DNA from: Patescibacteria group bacterium
GTDB lineage: Bacteria; Patescibacteriota; Patescibacteriia; UBA2591; UBA6264
Assembly (NCBI GenBank): GCA_016784145.1
Contig: JADHVF010000002.1
Coordinates: 112,357 to 176,356 of the forward strand
Length of the DNA stretch: 64,000 nt
Reading direction: 5' to 3'
Part shown: positions 18,681 through 28,238 of the stretch, piece by piece
Layout: each line of letters opens with the position of its first letter
Position numbering within the stretch: the first letter of the stretch is position 1
The notes under the pieces: generated by a model
What the model saw: only the letters and a program-made list of their open reading frames with translations
The model's database searches: none
Told to the model about the DNA's origin: nothing
Program-made: the position numbers and the translations under genes

Positions 18681-19961
18681 ATGAAAGCATTAGATAAAAT
18701 AAGACAAGTATGGCAAATTAAAGACTTAAGAAAAAGTATTTTATTTGTTTTAGCAATGTTAACTATTTTTAGAATAGCAGCTCATATTCCAGTCCCAGGA
18801 GTTAATGTTGCCAATTTGAAAGAATTTTTCTCTCAAAATGAAATGTTAGGCATGTTAAATATTCTCTCTGGAGGAGCAATGTCTAATTTTTCTATTGTAG
18901 CAATGGGAATTGCTCCTTTTATTACGGCTTCTATTATTATGCAGTTATTGACAATGGTTATTCCAAAGTTAGAAGAAATTAGCAAACAAGGCGCTACTGG
19001 TAGGCAAAAGATAAATCAGTATTCAAGGCTTTTGACAATTCCATTGGCCTTGCTTCAATCTTATGGGATGATTATGCTTTTTAGACAATCTTCAAGTCAA
19101 ATAATCCCTGAATTAACAAAATTTCAAATGGCCAATGTAATAATTGTTATGATGGCTGGTACAATATTTTTAATGTGGCTAGGAGAATTAATTACAGAAA
19201 AGAAAATAGGCAATGGAATTTCTCTTATTATATTCGCAGGCATAGTAGAAGGAATCCCTATTTCAATCCAACAAACTATTGTTACATTTTCAAAAGAACA
19301 GATAATTAATTTGTCAACAATTACTGCTTTAGCTTTAATTACCATTTTAGGAGTTGTTTTTATTACAGAGGCTCAGAGGAATATTCCGATTTCTTATGCT
19401 AGAAGAATTAGAGGGAATAAAATGTATGGCGGTATGGACACGTATTTACCTTTAAGAGTAAATCAAGCAGGAATGATTCCAATAATTTTCGCGATTTCAA
19501 TAGTTTTGTTTCCAGGATTAATAGGTCAAATAATGTCTAGGGCTGATTCTTCTTTTATAGCTGGTATTGGTCAATCAATGATTAATTTATTTCAAAATCA
19601 AATTGTTTATGGGGTTGTTTATTTTATTTTAGTAGTGGCTTTTACATATTTTTATACTAGTATTATTTTTCATCCTAAACAAATTTCTGATAATTTACAA
19701 AAACAAGGGGGGTTTATCCCTGGCATTAGGCCGGGCCAACCAACTTCTAAATATTTATCTAATATTAGCAACAGAATAATGTTAGCAGGAGCAATGTCAT
19801 TAGGTATAATTGCTGTTTTGCCTATCATTACTCAAAACGTTTTTAAGGTGACTACATTTGTGGTTGGGGGAGCAGCGATTTTAATTGTAGTTAGTGTAGT
19901 CCTAGAAACAGTCAAGCAGATTCAAGCTCAAATTTCAATGCATGAATACGAAGGTGTTTAA
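18681..19961 (+). CDS. secY: Preprotein translocase subunit SecY
   Basis: HIPVPG, MGIAPFITASII, IGNGISLIIFAGI, GGFIPGIRPG. Confidence 0.98.
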   Translation: MKALDKIRQVWQIKDLRKSILFVLAMLTIFRIAAHIPVPGVNVANLKEFFSQNEMLGMLNILSGGAMSNFSIVAMGIAPFITASIIMQLLTMVIPKLEEISKQGATGRQKINQYSRLLTIPLALLQSYGMIMLFRQSSSQIIPELTKFQMANVIIVMMAGTIFLMWLGELITEKKIGNGISLIIFAGIVEGIPISIQQTIVTFSKEQIINLSTITALALITILGVVFITEAQRNIPISYARRIRGNKMYGGMDTYLPLRVNQAGMIPIIFAISIVLFPGLIGQIMSRADSSFIAGIGQSMINLFQNQIVYGVVYFILVVAFTYFYTSIIFHPKQISDNLQKQGGFIPGIRPGQPTSKYLSNISNRIMLAGAMSLGIIAVLPIITQNVFKVTTFVVGGAAILIVVSVVLETVKQIQAQISMHEYEGV

Positions 19962-19969
19962 AAATAAAT

Positions 19970-20728
19970 ATGAGCATATCAATAAAAAATCAATCCGAAA
20001 TTGAAGCAATGATTCAATCTGGTAAGCTTTTATCAGCCATATTAAAAAAGGTTGTTAAACAAACTGTTCCAGGGATAACCACAATAGAATTAGATAGATT
20101 AGCAGAAGAATTAATAGTAAAAGCGGGCGCTCAGCCGGCTTTTAAAAATTTTAAGCATGGCCATAATAAATTTCCTGCTTGCCTTTGTGTCTCAATAAAT
20201 GAAGAGATTGTTCATGGGATTCCATCTAATAGAATTATTAAAAATAATGACGTTATTGGGCTAGATTGTGGTTTAAAATATAAAGATTTTTTTTCAGACA
20301 TGGCTGTTACTTTAATCATGGGTAGAGGATCAAAACAAACAAGAAAATTAGTAAAAGTTGCTAAGCAATCTCTAGACAAGGCAATAGAAATAATCAAACC
20401 AGGGATTTATTTAGGAGATATTTCTAATACAATTCAATCATATGTTGTTAAAAATAATTTTGCTGTTGTTAGGGACCTTACTGGGCATGGAATTGGCAGA
20501 GAATTACATGAAGAACCAAGTATTTTTAATTATGGAGAGCCAGGAACTGGCCCTATTTTAAAACAAGGAATGACTTTGGCATTAGAGCCAATGATTACAG
20601 TCGGTGATTGGAAAGTACGAACATTAAATGATGGTTGGACGATTGTTACGGCTGATAATAGTTTGTCAGCTCATTTTGAGCATACAATTTTAGTGACTAA
20701 AAATAAAGCAAAAGTTTTAACAAAATAA
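19970..20728 (+). CDS. map: Methionine aminopeptidase type I
   Basis: CVSINEEIVHGIP, D..D metal ligands, GHGIG..LHEEP, ALEPMI, SAHFEHT. Confidence 0.97.
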   Translation: MSISIKNQSEIEAMIQSGKLLSAILKKVVKQTVPGITTIELDRLAEELIVKAGAQPAFKNFKHGHNKFPACLCVSINEEIVHGIPSNRIIKNNDVIGLDCGLKYKDFFSDMAVTLIMGRGSKQTRKLVKVAKQSLDKAIEIIKPGIYLGDISNTIQSYVVKNNFAVVRDLTGHGIGRELHEEPSIFNYGEPGTGPILKQGMTLALEPMITVGDWKVRTLNDGWTIVTADNSLSAHFEHTILVTKNKAKVLTK

Positions 20729-20729
20729 T

Positions 20730-21131
20730 ATGTTTTTAGGAATAGATTTTGGAAAAAAATATATTGGCACATCATTGGCAGATGAGAATTTAAAAATTGC
20801 CAGTCCATACAAAGTTTTTATAGAATTAAAAGAACAAGATTTATTTAAAAAACTTAATAATATTATTTTAGAGAAAAATATAATAAAAATTATTGTTGGT
20901 TATCCAATTGGATTGTCTGGCAAAGAAACAGCCCAAACGAGAAAAACAAGTGTTTTTATAAAAAAATTAAAAAAAGAAACAAACATAAAAGTTGTTGAAT
21001 CTGACGAAAGGTTCACAAGTAAAATCGCAGATAATTCATTAAAAAATATGAAAAACAAGCAAGCAAAGATATTTAGTCATGCTGTAGCAGCTGCTATTAT
21101 CTTGCAGGATTATCTTGATTATAATAAATAG
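20730..21131 (+). CDS. yqgF: YqgF/RuvX family RNase H-fold nuclease (pre-16S rRNA processing)
   Basis: LGIDFGKKYIG, IIVGYP, DERFTS, AAAIILQDYL. Confidence 0.92.
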   Translation: MFLGIDFGKKYIGTSLADENLKIASPYKVFIELKEQDLFKKLNNIILEKNIIKIIVGYPIGLSGKETAQTRKTSVFIKKLKKETNIKVVESDERFTSKIADNSLKNMKNKQAKIFSHAVAAAIILQDYLDYNK

Positions 21132-21142
21132 TTTAATGTTTT

Positions 21143-22231
21143 ATGGTTTTTTTATTTTTTATCATTAGTTTTTGTGTAGCTATTTTTTTATTTCCTATTG
21201 TCAAAAAAATTGCAATTAAAAATAAAATAATCGATCTACCATCACGATCTAAGCGGAAAATTCATAATCAACCAATGCCATTATTAGGTGGTTTTATCAT
21301 TTTTATTTCATTTTTTGCTGTCTTGTTATTAGCAATTAATTTTAATGTTTTACAACCAGAGTCATTTAAAATAAAGCATCTAATTGCTTTATTTTTAGCT
21401 GGGTTAATTTTGATGGTTGGCGGATTTTTAGATGACAAATATAATCTACGCCCAATTTATCAAATTATTTGGCCGATAATTGCTATTTTAGTTTTTATTA
21501 TTAGCGGTGTTGGTATTGAATATATTAATAATCCATTTGGTCCAGGATATTTGTATTTAGATAAATATAAAATAGAGGTTATTAATTTAAATGGAATCCC
21601 TTACTATTTTACTCCATTAGCAGATATAATAACTTTTGTTTGGTTAATATTATTAATGTATTCTACAAAATTACTTGATGGATTAGATGGGCTTGTTTCA
21701 GGAATAAGCTTGATTGGCTTGCTTGGGATTATTGGACTCTGTTTTTTTACTAAATTTTATCAACCAGACATTGGATTAATAGCAGTGATATTGTCGGGAG
21801 CATTTGCAGGGTTTTTAATTTTTAATTTTCACCCTGCTAAAATTTTTTTAGGAGAAGGGGGGAGTTTGTTTGCTGGTTTTATTTTAGGGGCTTTGGCAAT
21901 AATTTCAGGTAGTAAAATAGCTACAACGTTTTTAATTCTTGGATTAGCTGTTTTTGATTTATTGGGAGTATTTTTTCAAAGAATTTTTAAATATCACAAA
22001 TCGCCGTTTTCAGGAGATAAAATACATTTACATTTTCGATTATTAGACATAGGATTTTCACACAAACAAGCAGTATTTTTTTATTGGTTAATTGCTTTAT
22101 TTTTTACTTTACCAGTATTATTTTTTCAAACAAAAGGGAAAATTATAACATTGGTGATTTTTTCTTTTTTTTATATATTTTTAATTCTTTTTTTAAACAA
22201 AAAAATAATTAAATTGACAAACAAGCAATAA
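21143..22231 (+). CDS. WecA/TagO-like polyprenyl-phosphate GlcNAc-1-phosphate transferase (MraY superfamily)
   Basis: RKIH..PMPLLGG, GFLDD, LDGLDGL, NFHPAKIFLGEGG, DKIHLHFRL. Confidence 0.9.
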   Translation: MVFLFFIISFCVAIFLFPIVKKIAIKNKIIDLPSRSKRKIHNQPMPLLGGFIIFISFFAVLLLAINFNVLQPESFKIKHLIALFLAGLILMVGGFLDDKYNLRPIYQIIWPIIAILVFIISGVGIEYINNPFGPGYLYLDKYKIEVINLNGIPYYFTPLADIITFVWLILLMYSTKLLDGLDGLVSGISLIGLLGIIGLCFFTKFYQPDIGLIAVILSGAFAGFLIFNFHPAKIFLGEGGSLFAGFILGALAIISGSKIATTFLILGLAVFDLLGVFFQRIFKYHKSPFSGDKIHLHFRLLDIGFSHKQAVFFYWLIALFFTLPVLFFQTKGKIITLVIFSFFYIFLILFLNKKIIKLTNKQ

Positions 22232-22242
22232 ATATATATAAA
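22214..22242 (+). promoter_or_regulatory. Putative sigma70 promoter for the ATPase-alaS-scpAB-murE block
   Basis: TTGACA 22214-22219, 17 nt spacer, TATAAA 22237-22242 inside 10-bp AT repeats. Confidence 0.5.
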
Positions 22243-22269
22243 TATATATAAATAGATAAAAATAAATAT

Positions 22270-23715
22270 ATGACAGAAAAACAAGAACAAATAATTTTTT
22301 TTGGTAAGACAAATTATAGAGATATAAATAAAAAGTTTGGTATTAAAAAAATTGATAGAACACGTCATATGTATCTAATAGGCAAAACAGGAACAGGGAA
22401 ATCAACGGTGTTAGAAAATATGATTTATCAAGATATTCAAATGGGGAATGGAGTAGGTGTTGTTGACCCTCATGGAGATTTGGCTGAAAGAGTGCTTGAT
22501 TTTGTGCCGGGTTCAAGAATTAATGATGTTGTTTATTTTAATCCGTCTGATATTGAATATCCATTTGCTTTTAATGTTCTAGAGAGAGTAGGAGAGGAAC
22601 ATCGTCATTTGATTGCTTCGGGATTGGTTGGTGTTTTTAAAAAAATATGGGCTGATTCATGGGGGCCAAGGTTAGAATATGTTTTAAGAAATGCTGTTTT
22701 AGCGCTGTTAGAATATCCAGGCAGTACGCTACTGGGAATTATGAGAATATTGGTTGATAAGGATTTTAGAGAAAAAGTTGTATCCAGATTAACAGACCCG
22801 GTTGTTAAGTCATTTTGGACTAATGAATATCCAAGATATCCAGAAAAAATAAGAACAGAAGCAATTTTGCCTATTCAAAATAAAGTCGGGCAATTTTTAT
22901 CTACTTCATTAATAAGGAACATTGTTGGACAGGTGAAATCAAAGATAAATTTAAGAGAAATAATGGATGAAAAAAAAATATTAATAATGAATTTGTCAAA
23001 AGGGAGAATTGGGGAAGATGCCTCGGCTTTACTAGGAGCAATGATGATTACAAAGATTCAATTAGCAGCCATGAGTAGAGTTGATATTTTAGAAAAAGAA
23101 AGGAAAAATTTTTATCTTTATGTAGATGAATTTCAAAATTTTGTAACAGAAGCATTTGCTGACATTCTCTCAGAGGCAAGAAAATATCATTTAAATTTGA
23201 TTATCGCACATCAATATATTGGTCAATTGATTGCTGAACAAACAAGCAAGGTAAGAGATGCAGTTTTTGGAAATGTGGGCACAATTGTATCTTTTAGGAT
23301 AGGAGCAGAAGACGCAGTGTTTTTGTCTAGAGAGTTTTTGCCTAGATTTGAAGAAACTGACTTAGTTGATTTGGATAAATACAATACATATATAAAATTA
23401 ATGATTGACGGGATTACATCAGAGCCATTTTCAGCAATTACATTGCCTCCTTTAGCAGAGTCAAAAGGGAATAGTGACAAGGTTATTGCCCTTTCAAGAG
23501 AAAGATATGCTGAGCCGAGAAAAATTGTTGAAGACAAAATAGCTCGCTGGAGTGGAACAGATGAACAAGGACAAGCTCCTAGAGATGAAAGAGTAATTAA
23601 GTATGAGTCAAAGTGTAATAAGTGCAAGGTTGATGTTTTTGTTCCTTTTGTCCCAGATGGAGTTCGTCCAGTGTATTGTAAAAAATGTTTAAAAGAAACC
23701 AAAAAAACCAAATAA
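22270..23715 (+). CDS. VirB4/VirD4(TraG)/HerA-superfamily ATPase with C-terminal CxxC-x17-CxxC domain
   Basis: Walker A GKTGTGKS, VDPHGD, Walker B LYVDEFQ, SEARKY, AHQY; C-terminal CNKC-x17-CKKC. Confidence 0.88.
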   Translation: MTEKQEQIIFFGKTNYRDINKKFGIKKIDRTRHMYLIGKTGTGKSTVLENMIYQDIQMGNGVGVVDPHGDLAERVLDFVPGSRINDVVYFNPSDIEYPFAFNVLERVGEEHRHLIASGLVGVFKKIWADSWGPRLEYVLRNAVLALLEYPGSTLLGIMRILVDKDFREKVVSRLTDPVVKSFWTNEYPRYPEKIRTEAILPIQNKVGQFLSTSLIRNIVGQVKSKINLREIMDEKKILIMNLSKGRIGEDASALLGAMMITKIQLAAMSRVDILEKERKNFYLYVDEFQNFVTEAFADILSEARKYHLNLIIAHQYIGQLIAEQTSKVRDAVFGNVGTIVSFRIGAEDAVFLSREFLPRFEETDLVDLDKYNTYIKLMIDGITSEPFSAITLPPLAESKGNSDKVIALSRERYAEPRKIVEDKIARWSGTDEQGQAPRDERVIKYESKCNKCKVDVFVPFVPDGVRPVYCKKCLKETKKTK

Positions 23716-25496
23716 TGAAATCTCAAGAGATACGAAAACAATTTTTATTATTTTTTAAAAACAAAGAGCATAAAGTGGTTTCTTCTGCTTCGTTAGTTCC
23801 AGCAGACCCTACTGCTCTTTTTACTTCTGCAGGCATGCAGCAATTTATTCCTTATTTAAGTGGTCAGATTGCCTCTCCATACAAAAGAGCTTGCTCTATT
23901 CAAAAATGTTTTAGAACATCTGACATTGATGAAGTTGGTGATGATTTTCACCATACTTTTTTTGAGATGTTAGGAAATTGGTCTTTTAATGATTATTTTA
24001 AAGAGGAAATTATTAATTGGTCATTAGAATTTTTAACAGAGCATCTTAATTTAAGCAAAGATAGATTGTGGGTCTCAGTTTTCAAAGGAACACCAGAGGT
24101 TTTAAAAGATAAACAAGCAATTGATATTTGGGAGAAAGCTGGTATTGCTAAAAATAAAATTAAACAATTGGGAATGAAGGATAATTTTTGGGGACCAGTA
24201 ACTCAAACAGGGCCTTGTGGTCCTTGTTCAGAAATCTATTATGATAAAGGAGAAAATTTCAAGACTCAAACATGTGATACAAAAAAATGCGGATTAAATT
24301 GTAAATGTGGCAGATTTGTAGAAATATGGAATTTAGTTTTTATGCAATATAATAAAACAAGTGATAAAACTTTTCTTAAATTGCCAGGAAAAAATATTGA
24401 TACAGGGGCTGGGCTAGAAAGAATTGCATCAATTATTCAAAATAAAAAGACAAATTACGAGACAGATTTATTTATGCCAATAATTGACACTATTAATAAT
24501 TTAGGCAATTTTGAATTAAATAAAATTACTAATAAAGCTTCAAGAATAATTGCTGATCATTTAAGAGCAACTTGTTTTTTAATATCAGATGGGGTTTTGC
24601 CATCAAAAGAAGATAGGGGGTATGTGTTAAGAAAATTAATTAGAAGAACAATGAGACATTCAAGAAACCTTAATACAGACAATGATTTTTTAATTAATAT
24701 ATCAACCAAAATAATAGATGTTTACAAGGAATCGTATCCAGAATTATTGCAAAATAAAAATAATATTTTAACCATTATTCAAACAGAGCAAGAAAAATTT
24801 TCCAAAACATTAGCACAAGGCTTAAAAAAATTTAATCAACTGGCATTTAATATTAAAAAAATAAATCAAAAGGTTATTAATGGAAAAGATATTTTTCATC
24901 TATACGACACTTATGGATTTCCTTTTGAATTAACACAAGAAATGGCAGTAGAACAGGGGCTAAAAGTAAGTAAAAGTGATTTTAATAAAGAATTTGTTAA
25001 ACATAAGCAAATATCTCGAGTAGGGGCAATTAAGAAATTTGGAGGAGTCGGGCAATGGGGGAAGAAAGTTGCTGCTCTTCATACAGCCACTCATTTATTG
25101 CATCAGGCATTAAGGGATGTTTTAGGGGAACATGTTCAACAGGCAGGATCAGACTTAACTCTTGAAAGATTAAGATTTGACTTTACTCATGCTAGCAAAT
25201 TGACACCAGAAAAAATAGCTAAGATTGAAAATATTGTTAATGCTAAAATTAAAAAAGGAATAAGGATATGTATAGAAAATATGTCATATGATGATGCTAT
25301 TAAGTTGGGTGCCTTGGCTTTTTTTAAGGAAAAATATCCTAAGCAAGTAAGTGTTTATTCAGTTGGAAATTATTCAAAAGAAGTTTGTGCTGGGCCACAT
25401 GTTAAAAACACTAAAGAAATTGGGACATTTAAGATTATAAAAGAAACATCGTCAGGAGCAGGAATTAGAAGAATAAAAGCAATTATACAAAATTAA
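23715..25496 (+). CDS. alaS: Alanine--tRNA ligase, short form lacking the C-Ala domain
   Basis: FTSAGMQQF, HHTFFEMLGN, GPCGPCSEI, DTGAGLER, editing HTATH and CAGPH; ends just after GIRRIKA; TAATG overlap start at 23715. Confidence 0.96.
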   Translation: MKSQEIRKQFLLFFKNKEHKVVSSASLVPADPTALFTSAGMQQFIPYLSGQIASPYKRACSIQKCFRTSDIDEVGDDFHHTFFEMLGNWSFNDYFKEEIINWSLEFLTEHLNLSKDRLWVSVFKGTPEVLKDKQAIDIWEKAGIAKNKIKQLGMKDNFWGPVTQTGPCGPCSEIYYDKGENFKTQTCDTKKCGLNCKCGRFVEIWNLVFMQYNKTSDKTFLKLPGKNIDTGAGLERIASIIQNKKTNYETDLFMPIIDTINNLGNFELNKITNKASRIIADHLRATCFLISDGVLPSKEDRGYVLRKLIRRTMRHSRNLNTDNDFLINISTKIIDVYKESYPELLQNKNNILTIIQTEQEKFSKTLAQGLKKFNQLAFNIKKINQKVINGKDIFHLYDTYGFPFELTQEMAVEQGLKVSKSDFNKEFVKHKQISRVGAIKKFGGVGQWGKKVAALHTATHLLHQALRDVLGEHVQQAGSDLTLERLRFDFTHASKLTPEKIAKIENIVNAKIKKGIRICIENMSYDDAIKLGALAFFKEKYPKQVSVYSVGNYSKEVCAGPHVKNTKEIGTFKIIKETSSGAGIRRIKAIIQN

Positions 25497-25498
25497 AT

Positions 25499-26194
25499 AT
25501 GTACAAAGTTAAGCTTGAACAATTTCAGGGGCCATTTCATCTATTGCTTAAGTTAATTGAAAAACAGGAAATGGATGTTAGTGAAATTTCTTTAGCAAAA
25601 GTATTAGATGAATTTTTATATTACATTGAATCATCAAATCAAATAGAATCTAAAGAATTGATTGATTTTTTAGAGATAGCTTCAAGAATAATTTTATTAA
25701 AATCAAGATTGTTGGTTTTGCCAGGAAATGAATATGATGATTTAGAGGGAGATGATAATCTTATAAATAGAATTAAAATTTATCAAAAATTTGCTTCTGC
25801 TTCTAAGCAAGTATTTGAATTATTGGCTAGCTCAAATCATTCTTTTTCTAGAAAAAGAATTCCTTTAAATATGTCTAAAGATTATTCTGTTGACTTAAAG
25901 ATAACTCCTAAAATTATTCATAAAACTTGGCAAAACATTGTTAAAGAAATTTTAAAATATAAACAAGCAACCAAAGTAATAAAAATAAAAACAATCTCTT
26001 TAAGAAAAAAAATAAATGAGCTTCTTTTGCTTGTAAAACAAAAAGAAAAAATTATTTTTAATAATATAATTAATAGAAAAAAAACAGAGGAAAAAATAGT
26101 AATATTTTTAGCAATGTTAGAGCTTGTAAAAAAAGAGCAAATAAAAATAAGCCAAGCAGAGCTATTTGGTGAAATTATTATAAGAAAAAAATGA
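25499..26194 (+). CDS. scpA: Segregation and condensation protein A (kleisin)
   Basis: FQGPFHLLLKLI, LKSRLL, IFLAMLELVK, Q.ELFGEI. Confidence 0.93.
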   Translation: MYKVKLEQFQGPFHLLLKLIEKQEMDVSEISLAKVLDEFLYYIESSNQIESKELIDFLEIASRIILLKSRLLVLPGNEYDDLEGDDNLINRIKIYQKFASASKQVFELLASSNHSFSRKRIPLNMSKDYSVDLKITPKIIHKTWQNIVKEILKYKQATKVIKIKTISLRKKINELLLLVKQKEKIIFNNIINRKKTEEKIVIFLAMLELVKKEQIKISQAELFGEIIIRKK

Positions 26195-26745
26195 AAGAAT
26201 TAAAATCAATTATTGAGTGTTTACTTTTTATTGCTAATCGTCCTTTGGACAAGAAAGATTTAATAAAAATTACAGGAAAAGAAAAAAAAGATGTGTCTCA
26301 AGCATTGAAAGAACTAACACAGGATTATCAAAATGAAGAAAAAGGGATTAGAATAATTCATAGCAATAAACAGTGGCAAATGACTACGGATCCAAAGCAT
26401 GGGTCTATTGTTCAAAGATTTTTAAAGACAGAAGTGAATGAAGAGCTTACGCCAGCATCTTTAGAAACATTATCAATAATTGCTTATAGGGGGCCAATCA
26501 AAAAACAAGACTTAGAGGAGATAAGAGGCGTAAATTGCACGATTATTTTAAGAAATCTTTTAATTAAAGGACTAATTATTGAAAAAAAACCGGATAATTA
26601 TAAAAATAATGATAATGAATTATCTTATAATGTAAGTTTAGAATTTGTTAAATATTTAGGAATTAAAGACATAGAAGATTTGCCAAACTTTAAAGAGCTT
26701 AATAGAGGTATTCCATTATCTTTATTAATTGATGATGATAAATAA
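26191..26745 (+). CDS. scpB: Segregation and condensation protein B
   Basis: IECLLF, LTPASLETLSIIAYRGPI, IRGVN, LPN. Confidence 0.95.
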   Translation: MKELKSIIECLLFIANRPLDKKDLIKITGKEKKDVSQALKELTQDYQNEEKGIRIIHSNKQWQMTTDPKHGSIVQRFLKTEVNEELTPASLETLSIIAYRGPIKKQDLEEIRGVNCTIILRNLLIKGLIIEKKPDNYKNNDNELSYNVSLEFVKYLGIKDIEDLPNFKELNRGIPLSLLIDDDK

Positions 26746-26752
26746 TATAAGC

Positions 26753-28090
26753 ATGCTTAAATCAAAATTAAAAAAAATTTTACCAAAACAATTTTTAATG
26801 TTTTATCACTGGGCATTAGCATATTTATCAGCTTTTATCTATAAATGGCCTAGTCAAAAAATGATTGTGATTGGAGTAACAGGCACAGCTGGAAAATCAA
26901 CTGTAGTTAATATTATTTCTAAAATATTAGAACAAGCAGAATTTAAAACAGGTTTTGCTACAACTTTTAATTTTAAAATTGGAAATAAAGAATGGAGAAA
27001 TAATCAAAAGATGACCATGCTGGGGCGCTTTGCTTTACAAAAGTTATTAAAAAAAATGGTAGATGACAATTGTGAATATGCAATTATTGAAACAACCTCT
27101 GAGGGAATTAAACAATATAGACATCTCGGGATTAATTATGATTTTGTTGTTTTTACAAATTTAGCAAAAGAACATATTGAATCTCATGGGAGTTTTGAAA
27201 AATATAGGCAAGCCAAGCAAAAACTTTTTAAACATATTACTAAAAATAAAATTAAAAAAATTAATAATAAAAAAATCGCTAAAACAATTATTGTTAATTT
27301 AGATGATAAGTATAGTGATTATTTTTTAAAATTTAATGTTAATAAAAAATATGGGTATAGTCTTAAAAGGGCTAAAGATAAAAACATATCCATATCTCAA
27401 TCGGATTTGATAGGACAATCTAACCAGCAAATTAAAATTTTAACAGCCAGCAATTTAATAGCCAGTAAAAATGGTACAGAATTTAGTATTAATAATATTA
27501 ATTTTAGAATCAATTTATTAGGAGAGTTTAATGTTTATAATGTATTAAGTGCTACTTGTGTGGGACTTGGTTGTGGTATTGATTTAAAAACTTGCCAGCA
27601 AGCAGTTGCCAAGATAAATAAAGTGGCTGGCAGAATGGAGATAGTTAATAAAAATCCGCTTATTATTGTTGATTATGCTCATACGCCTGATTCTTTAGAG
27701 AAAGTTTATAAATCAATTAAAAATAATTTTGATAATAAATTAATTTGTGTTTTTGGTTCAGCTGGCGGAGGAAGAGATAAATGGAAAAGGCCTGTTTTAG
27801 CTAACATTGCTGAAAAATATTGTGACCATTTAATAGTTACAAACGAGGATCCTTATGATGAAGACCCCGAGCAAATTATTGATGAAATAATTTCAGGGAT
27901 AAGTAAGCAAAAAGTAGTTAAAATTATTGATAGGGAAGAAGCTATTAACAAGGCAATTAATTTAGCTCAACCAGAAGACATTATAGTTATTACTGGCAAG
28001 GGATCAGAATCATTAATAATGGGAGCCAAAGGAGAGAAAGTACAATGGGATGATAGAGAAGTAGTTAGAAAATTGTTAGTCAAGAAGTAA
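26753..28090 (+). CDS. murE: MurE-type UDP-MurNAc-tripeptide synthetase
   Basis: GVTGTAGKST, ETTSEG, FTNL..EH, GRME, VDYAHTPDSL, VFGSAGGGRD..KRP, ITGKG; ATG 26753 preferred. Confidence 0.9.
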   Translation: MLKSKLKKILPKQFLMFYHWALAYLSAFIYKWPSQKMIVIGVTGTAGKSTVVNIISKILEQAEFKTGFATTFNFKIGNKEWRNNQKMTMLGRFALQKLLKKMVDDNCEYAIIETTSEGIKQYRHLGINYDFVVFTNLAKEHIESHGSFEKYRQAKQKLFKHITKNKIKKINNKKIAKTIIVNLDDKYSDYFLKFNVNKKYGYSLKRAKDKNISISQSDLIGQSNQQIKILTASNLIASKNGTEFSINNINFRINLLGEFNVYNVLSATCVGLGCGIDLKTCQQAVAKINKVAGRMEIVNKNPLIIVDYAHTPDSLEKVYKSIKNNFDNKLICVFGSAGGGRDKWKRPVLANIAEKYCDHLIVTNEDPYDEDPEQIIDEIISGISKQKVVKIIDREEAINKAINLAQPEDIIVITGKGSESLIMGAKGEKVQWDDREVVRKLLVKK

Positions 28091-28097
28091 AATTACT

Positions 28098-28117
28098 TGT
28101 GGAGTAAATGTGGATAA
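28098..28117. promoter_or_regulatory. DnaA box pair (one perfect, one imperfect)
   Basis: TGTGGATAA 28109-28117 (reverse complement TTATCCACA); TGTGGAGTA 28098-28106. Confidence 0.6.
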
Positions 28118-28153
28118 CTTTTTTGTTTTGTGTAAAAAATCAAGTTTTTTTTA

Positions 28154-28182
28154 TTGACAAAATAAAATTTTTTTGTTATTAT
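28154..28182 (+). promoter_or_regulatory. Sigma70 promoter for rpoBC
   Basis: TTGACA 28154-28159, 17 nt spacer, TGn-TATTAT 28177-28182. Confidence 0.72.
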
Positions 28183-28238
28183 AAATACACTTTGCACTTA
28201 TTTTATTATTTTTTTAGCAGTTTTAGCTATTTTTTTAA

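Noticed and set aside
28098-28238. oriC
   Set aside because: Only one perfect DnaA box, no dnaA/dnaN nearby, and the gap is short and occupied by a promoter.
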